From assembly GCF_037042905.1 (NCBI RefSeq), contig NC_087245.1:17982001-18046000 (forward strand): a DNA stretch of 64,000 bases, read 5' to 3'. The notes under the pieces were generated by a model. The model ran no database searches. It saw nothing but the letters and a program-made list of their open reading frames with translations, and was not told where the DNA came from. How positions within the stretch are numbered: position 1 is the stretch's first letter; each line of letters opens with the position of its first letter. The position numbers and the translations under genes were made by a program. Origin of the DNA: Lytechinus pictus (taxonomy: Eukaryota). Positions 13,147-25,176 of this stretch are shown in pieces.

Positions 13147-14260
13147 CAGGGGCGGCGATCCTAGGAGGGGCGGGGGGCACAGTGCCCCCCTTTTGAAGCA
13201 CTGAAAAGTGCAATTTTTACGCAAGAAAATGCCCCCTCACGAACGTGTACTGTGCCCCTTTCATCGGCAGAGGACCCGTCTTATAGAGGTTACCAAGTTT
13301 CATTTCTAAAGTGCCAATTTCCCCCCCCCCCCAAAAAAAAAAAATGCTCCTCACGAACGTGTTCTGTGCCCCTTTCACCTGAGAAGGACCCGTTTTATGT
13401 CTGAGCAAGTGCTCCCTTGTCTTCTTGTAAGTGCCCTTTCTCGAATCAGTGACCCTTTTTACCCAAGAAAAGTGCCCCTTGCGAACATGTCCTGTGCCCC
13501 TTTCACCTGAGAAGGATCCGTTTTATGCCGTTAGCAAGTGCACTTTTGCCATCTTTTAGGTGCCCTTTCTCGTATAAAAGCCCCTTTTTACCCATGAAAA
13601 GTGCCCCTCACGAACGTGTTCTGTGCCCATTTCACCTGAGAAGGACCCGTTTTATGTCTGAGGCAAGTGCCCCCTTGCCTTCTTATAGGTGCCTTTCTCG
13701 TGCCCCCTTTTGACCTAAGAAATTTGTCCCCACGAATGTGTTCTGTGCCCCTTTCACCTGAGAAGGACCTGTTTTATATGTTAACGAGTGCCACTTTCTC
13801 TTCTCACAGGTGCCTGTTTTTCATATCAGATAAGTTGTCCTGAAAAAAACACTCTTTTCGTGCTTCCTTCTGCAAGTGCATAACAAATGAAAAATCTTGT
13901 GAAAATAATCTTCCGTGCATTAAGTTTCATGAGTCATGTGAGTGGGGTAGATAAGTAATTTCTTCGTTTAGGTCATGGCCGTACGCAGCAGGGGGGGGGG
14001 GCTCACATTGTTTTACTGCTGATTTTCACAATCTTGAATTGCAAAGGTATGCGGGAAATCCATTAATTTCACTTAAGAAAATGCAAAAGCGCCTCAATGA
14101 TTAGCTCGCTAGCTTCGCTCCCCTCGCTTTCGATTTTTTTTCTTCCAAAAAGTGAACGCATGCTGCCCCCCCCCCCCCGTGAACAAATTCTACATACTGC
14201 CATGTTTAAGATAGTGCCCTTTTTTACCTGCCCCCTTTCAACTTCGCTCCGCCGCCCCTG
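13147..14260. mobile_element. hAT-like non-autonomous element with an internal ~120-130-bp tandem array
   Basis: TIR caggggcggcg / cgccgcccctg; perfect 8-bp TSD tattaata at 13139-13146 and 14261-14268; repeated cacgaacgtgttctgtgcccctttcacctgagaaggacccg. Confidence 0.9.
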
Positions 14261-14839
14261 TATTAATACAAGATAATTGCAAATGTCAAAAAACACAAAG
14301 ATTAGTGCCTAACAATGAATATTGTAATAAAAAATGACAATCGTAAAATACACATGTATATATGCAACCATTTACCATTACATGTCCTGTTTAGATCTGA
14401 TTCCGCAAAGTTTTATCTTGCAATTCGCGCTCGCAACACAAACAGTACTAAAATTTCAAGTTTTCAGGTCGGAATATAAAAACGTTCAGCTCGCGCTTCG
14501 TGCACTGCTCCCATCATCTTGTTTAGTTGTATAGGTAGCCCTACCCATAAACCGACCTGTTTATGGATATAAAAAGTGCTATAGGATGTCGAGTTTTCAT
14601 GTCGGATTATTCATAGCTTGCAGGGCAGGGCTCAATATGACTCCAATAAAAAATCTAATAGATAGTTTCACAACTCACTCTCTTCTCAATATGATTATTT
14701 CTCTCCCTTATTCTATCTTTTTCCCTCCTCACTCTCCTCTTTTTTTCCCCGAAATTCTGTATTTTGTTTGTTGTTTCATCATTTTTTGGTTGGTATAGGC
14801 TTAGTGCCCCCCCTAGTACCGCATCTTTTTTTCGCTCCA

Positions 14840-15010
14840 GAAGCTCTCTCTCTGCGCTGCGCTAGCTGCATGCAAGTCATTTGCCATTTGTACACTGCGC
14901 CCTCAAGCCTCTTTAACTAGTTATTTTCCGCTACAAAGTACAGTGTGAACGGGAAATTTTGATAAGCCTTTTGAGCTGAGTTTGATGGACAAAGCGAGAT
15001 ATTTTTTGTT
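14840..15010 (+). promoter_or_regulatory. Putative TSS and non-coding first exon of the MPP gene
   Basis: Non-repetitive, CpG-containing stretch starting at a (ct)n tract and ending at a consensus donor ttgtt|gtaagt (15011). The exon at 25057 has an acceptor and so needs an upstream exon. CpG depletion begins a few kb downstream. There is no transcript evidence. Confidence 0.35.
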
Positions 15011-15435
15011 GTAAGTTATCTTTTTCGGTAAATACTACTGGTATGTTATGTTCGTTTTACTTGAGACTTGTGTATCTTTATAGTACTATTTTAGTCTTTT
15101 TAAACAGTTTACTTTACGAAGAAAAACCAATCGCAGCATAGGCTAGCATCTGGCGCGGCTGACGCATCTCTGACTTGGTGGGCGCCATCGCATCCCGGGA
15201 GGTCGGGGGCCCGTTCCCTGCTTTACGCGAGTCTTTGCCTGGCTGACGCTACCTTAGTATGGCAGTGTATCCTATTGCCGGACACCTTTATTTCAGTGCT
15301 TTAAAAATGACAACTAGAGGAAATACAATCAAGAAAAAATCACACTTGCTATTCCAAATATTATGAAAATTATGAATATGATATTAATTATTATATTTAC
15401 CAACCATTTTCTTTGCATCGCAGTTGCCGCATACC

Positions 15436-16103
15436 TAGCCTGGAGGCGTCTGGGGAGGGAAAGACATATACTGTACGTATGGTCCCTCCCCTAACGCCTG
15501 GGAGCCTAAGCTATATTTCCACACGCACGGGTACAAAACCTGAAACTTTCGCCCCCGAGATTTCTACTTTCCCTCTAAAAGATCTAGCCCTAAAACATGT
15601 AAATGGAGTTAAACTTCATTCCCAACATTTCTGCGATATTGATTACATTTTTAAAGAAGAATTCATGAAAAAAAAACGAGAAAATGTTATGAAAAGATGA
15701 GAGAGCTTACGGCCGTGTTTACGTCGCCATCTTGATTTCTTTGTCTTCCGCTTGGCGACAGCACGCAATCGCGTGTTGATTGCGTGCTGTCGCCAAGCGG
15801 AAGACAAAGAAATCAAGATGGCGACGTAAACACGGCCGTAAGCTCTCTCATCTTTTCATAACATTTTCTCGTTTTTTTTTCATGAATTCTTCTTTAAAAA
15901 TGTAATCAATATCGCAGAAATGTTGGGAATGAAGTTTAACTCCATTTACATGTTTTAGGGCTAGATCTTTTAGAGGGAAAGTAGAAATCTCGGGGGCGAA
16001 AGTTTCAGGTTTTGTACCCGTGCGTGTGGAAATATAGCTTAGGCTCCCAGGCGTTAGGGGAGGGACCATACGTGTCTTTCCCTCCCCAGACGCCTCCAGG
16101 CTA
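15436..16103. mobile_element. Near-perfect palindromic MITE (335/326-bp arms, 7-nt loop), 8-bp TSD
   Basis: tagcctggaggcgtc...gacgcctccaggcta; loop gcgtgtt at 15771-15777; TSD cgcatacc at 15428-15435 and 16104-16111. Confidence 0.93.
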
Positions 16104-16154
16104 CGCATACCCCTCCATGAAAAACAATTATTTTCGTGCGCGACAAATTACATC

Positions 16155-16774
16155 ATGATTCCGGACGCGCGCCGGACGGGTAAAGATATCCTTGATTATA
16201 ATGATGTAAGAACAAATTTGTGTGATCTTTTTCTTATATCATATCATGAGTAAATTCTAAGTTTTTATTTGCTTTTTATATCGAATCTGAGCAGATGTCT
16301 GTAATAAAGTCGTGTTTGATAACTTATTTTATTTTTTCTTGTTAGCTGCATGTTCCATGGCACTTTCCCATATGCTCGCGTTCGTATCGTGACACTCATC
16401 AAGTTCTATCGATGCGCTGCCGATCGACGGCTCTACTCACGGTAAACCTCGCGCACGGGTACCTTGAGAACTAGCCGTCGACGATCACCCACAATACACC
16501 ACACCTCATCATTCGATCGAAGGAGTGGACGAGATTGAAATTCTGCAAATCAGGCCCATATTTCCGTTAGAAAATATATCAATTGTTAATGCAAAACTAT
16601 GTTATATGATATTTTAAGCATTTCTGTCATTTTAGAGATAAATAAGGTAAAAGTTGGATTTTTTCGCCTTGTTTTTGCAATCTTGTTTTATGTATTGCTA
16701 TGTGAAATTGAATTGCGGAAGTCTTACGGTACGAAATTGTTTTCGAACGCAGTAATATGCGCGTCCGGAATCAT
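16155..16774. mobile_element. CpG-rich element bounded by a 16-bp inverted repeat
   Basis: atgattccggacgcgc at 16155-16170 / gcgcgtccggaatcat at 16759-16774; no TSD found. Confidence 0.45.
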
Positions 16775-18503
16775 AATAGTGTCCGGTAATACAATATGTG
16801 ACTATACCTAGTAAACCTTGTGAGCTACAGAGCTAGTCCTATAAACGTTAGACCAAAAGCTTTGGTCTCTGTTATGTTGGTTGTTCTGCTGAACTCCGTT
16901 GGCTCCACTCACCAAAAAAAAGAGACCGAAATTCTAGCTCGATCTGTACAGGGACTCAATGCCAAATGGCCATATGTTTAAACTTAGTTTAAGTTTGGAA
17001 AAAACAGGGACAATGAGGGAAGTGAAGTTGTCATTTCCTTTTTTTATTTGATATCCATTTTGATGAATATTTCAGCATTATAGCTTGTTTGATTTTCTCT
17101 TTTTTTGTTTCAAATCGCTATATTTTGTAGTGGACTTGCTCTTTATTGTACCAACACTTTTTGGACGATTACATGAATGCAAGTGTTATTTAATGTTACA
17201 ACTCATCTGTTGCTGGAATAAAAAACAAGAACTGATTCAAGAATTGTTAGTGGTGGAGAGGAAAAGAATTTTATACTAAAATTTTTGCTATGGATGTTGA
17301 ATATGGGATTGTGACTTTTATAATTTTTTATCAATTGTTTGTCTGTTGTATCGTTTTATGAATGTTGTTTAAAAATCATAAGAAATGTATATCACAATAA
17401 ATCATACAGATATCGCCTCCCTGGTGGTTAAAAAAACATTTCATTTCTCCTACGGAGTTATATTTTTCTGAGGGGAAATTGAAGCTTTGCTTCAGAGGAA
17501 GTTGAAATATTATAGACCTGGCAAAAGTAATCTGCAATTGGCTTTATAAATACCTGTACTTTAAATGCTTGTTGTAAACAACTCTGATTGATACTGTATG
17601 TCTATGCCGTAAGACAAAATCACAGCTAGTGTACGCTTAATACAATCTACAAAACGCGCACACTAGCAAACTACCTGATTACGCAGCTTTTTATAAAAAA
17701 AAGCAGTGAATGACATCACCTCAGTGACTGCACCACAGCAGTTTACAATACACCATAGTTACATTTACTGAGGTGACGTCAAAACTTGGAATATGATAAT
17801 CGTGATCCTTTCAAAGCTATGATCATGTGACGGCCGATTGACCTATCACTGATTTGACCTATGTAATATGAGTTATTCTTTCAGAATTAATTGAGCATGT
17901 GAAGAGTTAAATCGACCAATCCTGATAGAAGGTTTGGATAGTTATGTCTCTCCTTTTTCCCATTATTCACCTTGATGAGAGAAAATTGCATGCGATAGAA
18001 CCTTGTATTGTTTGTTCTGCCTTTGTCTTGATATGGGCTCATTTCAAGAGCTTAAAACGAGTATTAAGTTTTTAGGTCAAACCTAAACTCAACTCGGAAA
18101 TGGGATGTGAGTGGAGTGTCAGTAATGCAATAAAGTAAAAAGAATATAGAAATAAAAATACACAATTGAGAGAAAGGTTGTTTCTGTGTGTTAGATAGAT
18201 TCCTCCTCTAAACCATTCCCTATGCACATTGCAGATGTGACCTCCCTGCTCTCATATCCTGCAGCGATCAAAATGTTAATTGAAACTTGACTACGATCCT
18301 GCTGTGAGCAGAGCTATGTATGTATGTGTGTCCCACCATCCCATCTGATATTGGCCATTGGTTTCCAATACTGGTCAGTGATTTTTTTTCCTTCTGGGGT
18401 GGGGGGGGGGGGGTGGGAGTGGGTGAAGATAAGAAACAAGTGGTTTATTTCCTGACATAGCCCCGTGACGCAGATCTTTGAGAGCAGATAATAGGAGGGG
18501 GAG

Positions 18504-19018
18504 CCCGGGGGGCCACTTACATTGACGAGTGGATACCATGCGCAACCAAAATAACACGTAAAAAGGATGTCCTTTTCACGATAGGGCACGTTACGTACGT
18601 AACGTGATAAGGGTGTCAAAAACACAAAAATAATGAAAAAAGGGTGTCTATTTCGCTAGGAAAATTACGTGTTTAGGGTCGAATTTGCGGGAATGATAAA
18701 ACAAAATTAAAATGTGTTTAAAGTCCGATTTGCGCGAGGTGTAGAAGGTGGGGTCGTACTAAACCAAATAAGATAAAGCTGACGACCGAAGGACCCGTAA
18801 CAATAAAACATTCCTGTACTTGTTTAGGGGTTCATTTCAAGGAATATTTGCCAAGAGTATCGTTTTGTTTCCAATGCTTGTTAAGGGTAGGGTTTCACAC
18901 GCCAATACTTGTTAAGGGGTGCATTTTCAGAATATGGAAATTACGTGTTTAGGGTGCTTTTTTGAGACCCCATGGTCGCGCATGGTATCCACTTGTGAAT
19001 GGAAGTGGCCCCCCCGGG
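18504..19018. mobile_element. CCCGG-terminated MITE with 8-bp TSD (copy 1)
   Basis: cccggggggccacttacattgacgagtggataccatgcg / cgcatggtatccacttgtgaatggaagtggcc..ccggg; TSD agggggag on both sides. Confidence 0.88.
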
Positions 19019-19145
19019 AGGGGGAGCTAGGGAGAGGGAGGAGTAGCAGTTGTGTGGGTAGTGGAAGGGAGGAAAAACAGTATTGGGAAGGGGGAATCTC
19101 CTTGAAACTTACACGTACAATGTACTGCATCCACCTTTTTAATCA

Positions 19146-19399
19146 AATAGAGTACCAAAGTGTGACGTCAGTTGCCATGGTGTCATGGCGGGCTTGTTCT
19201 AAACAGAGTCGCAGCTGACGATCATCTGTATTTGCAAACGACTTTGGCTCTTCTGAAAAATAGGTTGCAAGCGATCAAATTCCAATAGTAGCCATTTTCT
19301 CCTATGAGAAACACACGCTTTGATTCGGCGGGTTCATTTGTTTAGAACCAGGCCGCCATGACACCATGGCAACTGACGTCATCACTTTGGTACTCTATT
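19146..19399. mobile_element. Short palindromic MITE (~45-bp TIR)
   Basis: aatagagtaccaaagtgtgacgtcagttgccatggtgtcatggcgg / ccgccatgacaccatggcaactgacgtcatcactttggtactctatt; no clear TSD. Confidence 0.75.
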
Positions 19400-22300
19400 G
19401 GCTTCTGACTTGTCTGGTACTTACACTGCACAATGAAAGATGTACATACATACATACATGCAGTACATATAATGTTCTTGTTCATCTATTCTATGGTTTG
19501 TCCTATTTTCTTACAGTAATGATGATTTATATTCTTGACTAGTTTGTGAGGCATGAACTGCTTACCTACATGTAGAGATGTACCATAGAATAATGACCAT
19601 TTTCATATATATTTCACAGTATTTTTGTTTTCAATCTCCGTATATGTACCCTGAGAAACACAAGCAATTTAAAATCAATTTTGTTTATTTGTATGTACAG
19701 TTTGCACTTCTCTAGTTTCTAATATGATCAGTCTGGTTGCTCATGAAATAATCAAATCAATTTACCTCGTCGAATCCTGAAATTCACTCAATTCATTTCA
19801 TTTTGAGGCCTGTCTGGCTGAGTCATGATTGATTTTACCATTAGTGTCTAGGCCAATTAGAGTCTGTCAGCAATGGTTTGTCAAGTTCACAAATCACTTG
19901 GTGCTCCTATCAGTGAACAAATTCAGTATTGTATCTTCTTGTTTCTTGCCTCATGTGATTGCACTGAAGCTTCAAATTGCACAGAGATGAAATGATTAAA
20001 GGATGAAAAGAGATGGGGGCACTGGATCTTCAACTTCATTGACCAAATGAGGACAAGAATGTTTTCAAGCTTCAATTTGTTTGGCATATTTTCCATTTGA
20101 CTGACAATTACAATTATAAGAAGTACATTTAAAATAGCAATGCATATCATACAAGGTATTTTCATTTCTAACAATTACAAGGTTATTATTAAACTTTTCA
20201 CACAGGTCTTCATAATACTAAAGTGTATTAAAATCAAACTTTGAAATTACAAAATCACTTTAATGATTACAGCGTATTCACTTTGATTCATTGTAGAGGC
20301 TCCTGGGTTGTTTTACAATTGTATGATTTATGACTATAAAGTCTGATTAAAAATCACACTTAAAAATCCTCATTCTGGTATGGTGTTTATAATGTACTAC
20401 AGGCTCTATCAGGTTTTATTCAGTGATGTTAAATATCATGTACAGGTTTTCCCTATAAAGCATGGCTTAATAATAAGACTAAGATAAACTCTTTGTTATG
20501 CACCCCCTTGGTGATTATTATACAGCTCTTGTACTAGCACAAGGAATTCATGGTGATATTATTACATGTGCATCATGTAGTGGTGATCAGATTTCTGACA
20601 CACAGCACTGATGACACTCGACATTTACATGTATTTTCTGTGAACGAATAAACTGAGGAAGTTGTTACCACGGCAACTACATGGCTTTTGAGCCAATTAA
20701 TCATAATGTAGCCCTGCTGTAGTATGATTGTGTACTGTGCATGTATCGCACATGAATATATCAAAGTATGCCTCTATCTTGAACACCTTGGTTATTAAAT
20801 GGTTTATTCTATAGCGAAAATAATACATGTTTACAAGTAGCAGCAGTCTTTTCCAATCAGTGGTATTTTTCCATACCTTAAATAGACAATTCCAATTGAC
20901 TTACACTGTACATGTATCTTTTGACATTTTTTACAGGCCTGTACACTACATGTACATGCCTGTGTAAGTATCATGAAAAATAGGAAGAGATGAAAGGAAA
21001 AATAAAGAGAAATTAATTGAATTTGAATCAAGATTTACTCAATATAATCCTTTGAATTTTATAAGAACTTGTAAGTTTGATAAATTCTATTTCTTTCTTG
21101 AACTGGGGCAACTGTCAACTGTATGTGAGTTCAATAATAATTTGGCAGTAATTTGATCTCGTAATAATCTAGAATGTGTCACTCGTTTGATAGCAGATAG
21201 CTCATCTTCCTTGATTCTAATGTGTTGTCACTCTATATGCTTGCTGTCTTTTCGTTTGCCCGTGATGTTTTCAAACGATTGTGCACAGTCAAGGTTTGTC
21301 TTTTTTTTCAGACCCATTGTCTCCTTTTATCCAAAATTTAAAGAGATTTTAAATGAATGAAATGATCCATTGACTCCATTCATTATTTCAGTCTGTTCAG
21401 ATGACAAAACCAGCCTTAATCGTCACATTCATGTAAATAGTAATTGCCCCAGTCTATACATGTATTTCACAGTGTGGAGAAAAATTATATTAATTTTTTT
21501 CTTTCTAAAAATGGATGATTGCACTTATTAGGGTAGGTTGTATGGCATTGTTACCACCTGCTTTATCTCATTCTTTAGATTGGATTAATGTTGGTTGAAT
21601 TTTGACTAGGAAAATCACATTAATTACAGTAATTTGTGAGAGTAGCAAAATCAAATAATCGCTTTCATGATAGCAATAAGGTCTAGATGCACAGACTAGC
21701 AAAACGCAGAGTGCAAATCTTGCCTTGGGGGCAATTAATCTCTTCCACCCTCAACGCCTCTGGAGCTCAATGTGTGCGGCTTTCCTCCGCGATCTTGCGA
21801 TCTCCGCGGCTGTCAAGATCGTTCTCTCATCTGGTGGTGAGGTGAGGGTCTAGATGCATTGAAGAGTTCTTCTCACATAGGTGTCGTGTCTTGATAGGAT
21901 GGTGGTTCACCGTGGTTGATGTGGTTCTATCGTGGAAAGTTGTGCTCCTGCAGTGCTTTGTCAATTTAAACATCGTCCTGATAATATTATCTAGGAAAGC
22001 AATGGCAGTATTTTTAAATCTTGATTTGAGCTTCTGAATTTGTCAGATATCCTGATCTGTTAGCTGTTCCTGAATGCCTGTGAAAGTGTGAGTATATATT
22101 GTAAATCAATCCTATTATCTTCCTTGCAGTCAAGGAATAATTTGCTTTCCCTTTTTACCTCCATCGAAATATACATACACTGTACATGTACCTGTATGTA
22201 CATCGGTATGGGCAGGTACAGTCAGGGAAGGGGGGCACACAATCTACAGAAAACCTTGATCTTACAAGTTAATCTATTTTAACAGAAAAGGTAAATGTTA

Positions 22301-22893
22301 ATAGTATTTTTTTAATTATGTTCTACACAAGGAATCAAGAAAATTTCTAGAAATGTGACATCTCTCTTTTCATTTGCATATCAGCTATGATATGCAAATA
22401 AGCAAAACATAATTTTTTATTTTACATTTTATTTCATTATAAATTTCAGTGTTATGGTTACTTTTTTTTTCTTCTGTATTCAAGTTGACTTTTATGTTGT
22501 GATGGACTTGACACTTACAACATAGCTTGAATATTCACTTGAAATGATCAACTAAAACTAGATTGCATTCATCATAATCCCTGCTTAAGGGAATCATTAC
22601 ATTTTCATGCTTTTGGGATCAAATTTCTCTCCAACTCTATAGTCTCCATACTCTCCCTGATTATGATTGAACAGTTGTTGCTAATTTGATGGATGGAATA
22701 AATGTTTCCTCAAAAGGCCAAGTGCCCCACAGAGAGTAATATGCCCTTATTAAAAAACAGCATGATATGTGAGAGCAAGAATGTGTATGTGCAATTGAAT
22801 TGCCCAGCGCACACTATGCCGTTTCCCTTGTTAAGGTATGTCTAAAAGAAGTGACAGTATTAAATTCTATTCCTGTTAGAACTTATTCTTTAA

Positions 22894-23484
22894 AGGTCAA
22901 GTCCACCACAGGAAAATGTTGACTTGAATAAATAGAGAAAAATCAAACTAGCATAGTGCTGAAAATTTCATCAAAATCGGATGTTAAATAAGAAAGTTAT
23001 GAGATTTTAAAGTTTCGCTTATTTTTCACAAAACAGTGATATGCACAACTAGGTGAGTCAGTCGATGATGTCCATCACTCACTATTTCTTTTGTTTTTTA
23101 TTGTTTGAATTATACAATATTTTATTTTCTATAGATTTGACAATAAGGACCAACTTGACTGAACCATATAGTTTAAAACAATGCTAATTCCACATGTTCA
23201 GAGAGGAATTAATTGTTGTATCACTTGACAATGAGTAGAAAATTAGAATGTTTCATATTTCATATAATAAAATACAAAAAAAATAGTGACTGGATGACGT
23301 CATAGTCCCCTCATTTGCATACCAGCCAGTATGTGCATATAACTGTTTTGTGAAATTAAACGAAACTTTAAAATGTCATAACTTTCTTATTTTACATCCG
23401 ATTTTGATGAAATTTTCAGTGTTATGATTGTTGGATTTTTCTCTTTTTATTCAAATCAACTTTTTGTTGTGGTGGACTTGTCCT
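22894..23484. mobile_element. Kolobok-like palindromic MITE (same family as 6351..6952)
   Basis: ttaa|aggtcaagtccacc...ggtggacttgtcct|tgaa. Confidence 0.85.
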
Positions 23485-23516
23485 TGAAGGCCATTTTTAA
23501 AAGGAATAATCACCTG

Positions 23517-23662
23517 GGCCCTGTCTTACAAAGAGAAGAAAGTGATGAATATACTTTATCTAGAATATATTTCGAACAATAAGCATTTTAGATGTTGACG
23601 TTACTGGCTTTCCATAGTTGCGGTTGATCGGATCAATCGCAACTCTTTGTAAGACGGGGGCC
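23517..23662. mobile_element. Harbinger-like mini-MITE, CTG TSD
   Basis: ctg|ggccctgtcttacaaagag...ctctttgtaagacgggggcc|ctg. Confidence 0.7.
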
Positions 23663-25139
23663 CTGATCATGGTCCCATTGAAGAAAGAATTACGATCAAA
23701 CATCACTCAATTAATTTGTTTACAAATTATAATTTCCTACTATTAAAGCCTCTTTATTTACTATTTGAATTTTCGAAATCATGGGGGGAAATTGTGTACA
23801 TTCTCTATGGGGACAAAATGTCCCATACATATCATGTTATTAATTTGTTTAATTGGAGTCTGTAATCAGAGGGTTTTGGCATGATATGAAACTTGCCTTA
23901 GATATACTGGAGTGTTGTGACTTTTTATTACCGTACATCACAAGTTGTCAAATGAAATATTTTCAGAGAATTTATTTTAAAAAATGTTTAATATTTTTTT
24001 CTTTTTTCTGCATCCCATACCTAACAGCACATGTTTTTTTCTCTAAAAGGTCAAGGTCATATGTCACAATTTTTTTGCATAATTATTCTTCTACATGTAA
24101 ATATCAACCATCCATGAGGGTACTCAATCTAATCAATGTCCCTAAACAATATTTTTCACATTATTACACTCTGAAATGTCCCATACGTAACGAGCACAAG
24201 TTCTTAGACTACTCCTGTATACTATATCTGAAATAACAGTTAGCATACTTTTTTTTACTATGTCTGGTAAATCTCTTGCATGTTTGCTAGAAAAATTGTG
24301 TCTTAAAAAGAGTGCATTAAACATTGAATATTGTGATTGTATATCCAGAGGAGAATGAGTGAACAAAAAAATGTGTACAATTCACTCCCCACCTAGGCTC
24401 AAGCCATGATGCATAATTTCCTTATTGATCATTCAGTGTTCTGTATTTGAAAATATTTTGCTGAAGAAATGTGGTGAGCAGCTTAAGAACAAAACTGGAC
24501 CTAGTATTTTTTTATTTTTTGCTGACATTGACAAGTGCCAAACATATTGGTGTATCCCGCTGTCAGCCAGAAAAGGTGTGAAATGTATTTTACTGTTGCA
24601 AAGCAAGACAAATTGGTGTGTAGCTCACTTTAACTGTGTTTATGTTTTAATAAACATAGTTAATTACCCTTAACTTCACCCATCACACCCCATTTGTCAA
24701 ATACTACAAAGAGTCATAAATACATGAAGGCTGTGTGTAAAACCTACATGTATCAAGAGAGAGAGAGAAAGAGATATGTAAAAGCTTCATCTCAATGGTA
24801 TGAATTACGATTTGATAAACTCGGAACGGAAAAGTAGCCAATTGTTGTATTTTTAATCAGTATCGACAAAGCATTTTTTAATCAGATTATTTATACAAAG
24901 CAGTTTTTATTTGCTTCTTCTAAAGTAAAAGTTCTGTGGCCCCCAGTACCAGGCAGACTCAACTGTATTTACATGTTCAGGCAAGGACAGGTTATCTCAT
25001 AAAGGAAATGCATTTTAATCACTCTTTTTTTCTTCTATTTATCTTTTTTGTTGCAGATTTCAACTGGTTCACTTATTTGAAAGTATATTTTTGAATGAAA
25101 CTTCTTAGTGAAATAGAGAGAGATATAGAGAATGACATC

Positions 25140-25176
25140 ATGCCGGCTACAGACGGATCATCAGAATCTGGTCAAG
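25140..25176 (+). CDS. MPP6: MPP coding exon 1 (MPATDGSSESGQ); the exon starts at 25057 with 5'UTR
   Basis: Polypyrimidine tract plus ttgcag acceptor ending at 25056. ATG at 25140, donor AG|gtgact at 25177. Phase 1 fits exon 2, and the N-terminus resembles MPP2/7 'MP.A..S'. Confidence 0.75.

Noticed and set aside
13974..14204. Possible nested element catggccgta...tactgccatg
   Set aside because: The TIR is short and imperfect and the flanks (gtttaggt/tttaagat) do not form a convincing TSD.
15413..16108. Twin ORFs (95/86 aa) on opposite strands; possible assembly fold-back artefact
   Set aside because: The ORFs merely mirror the palindrome and start at non-ATG codons. An artefact is unlikely given the 8-bp TSD and the 9-nt arm difference.
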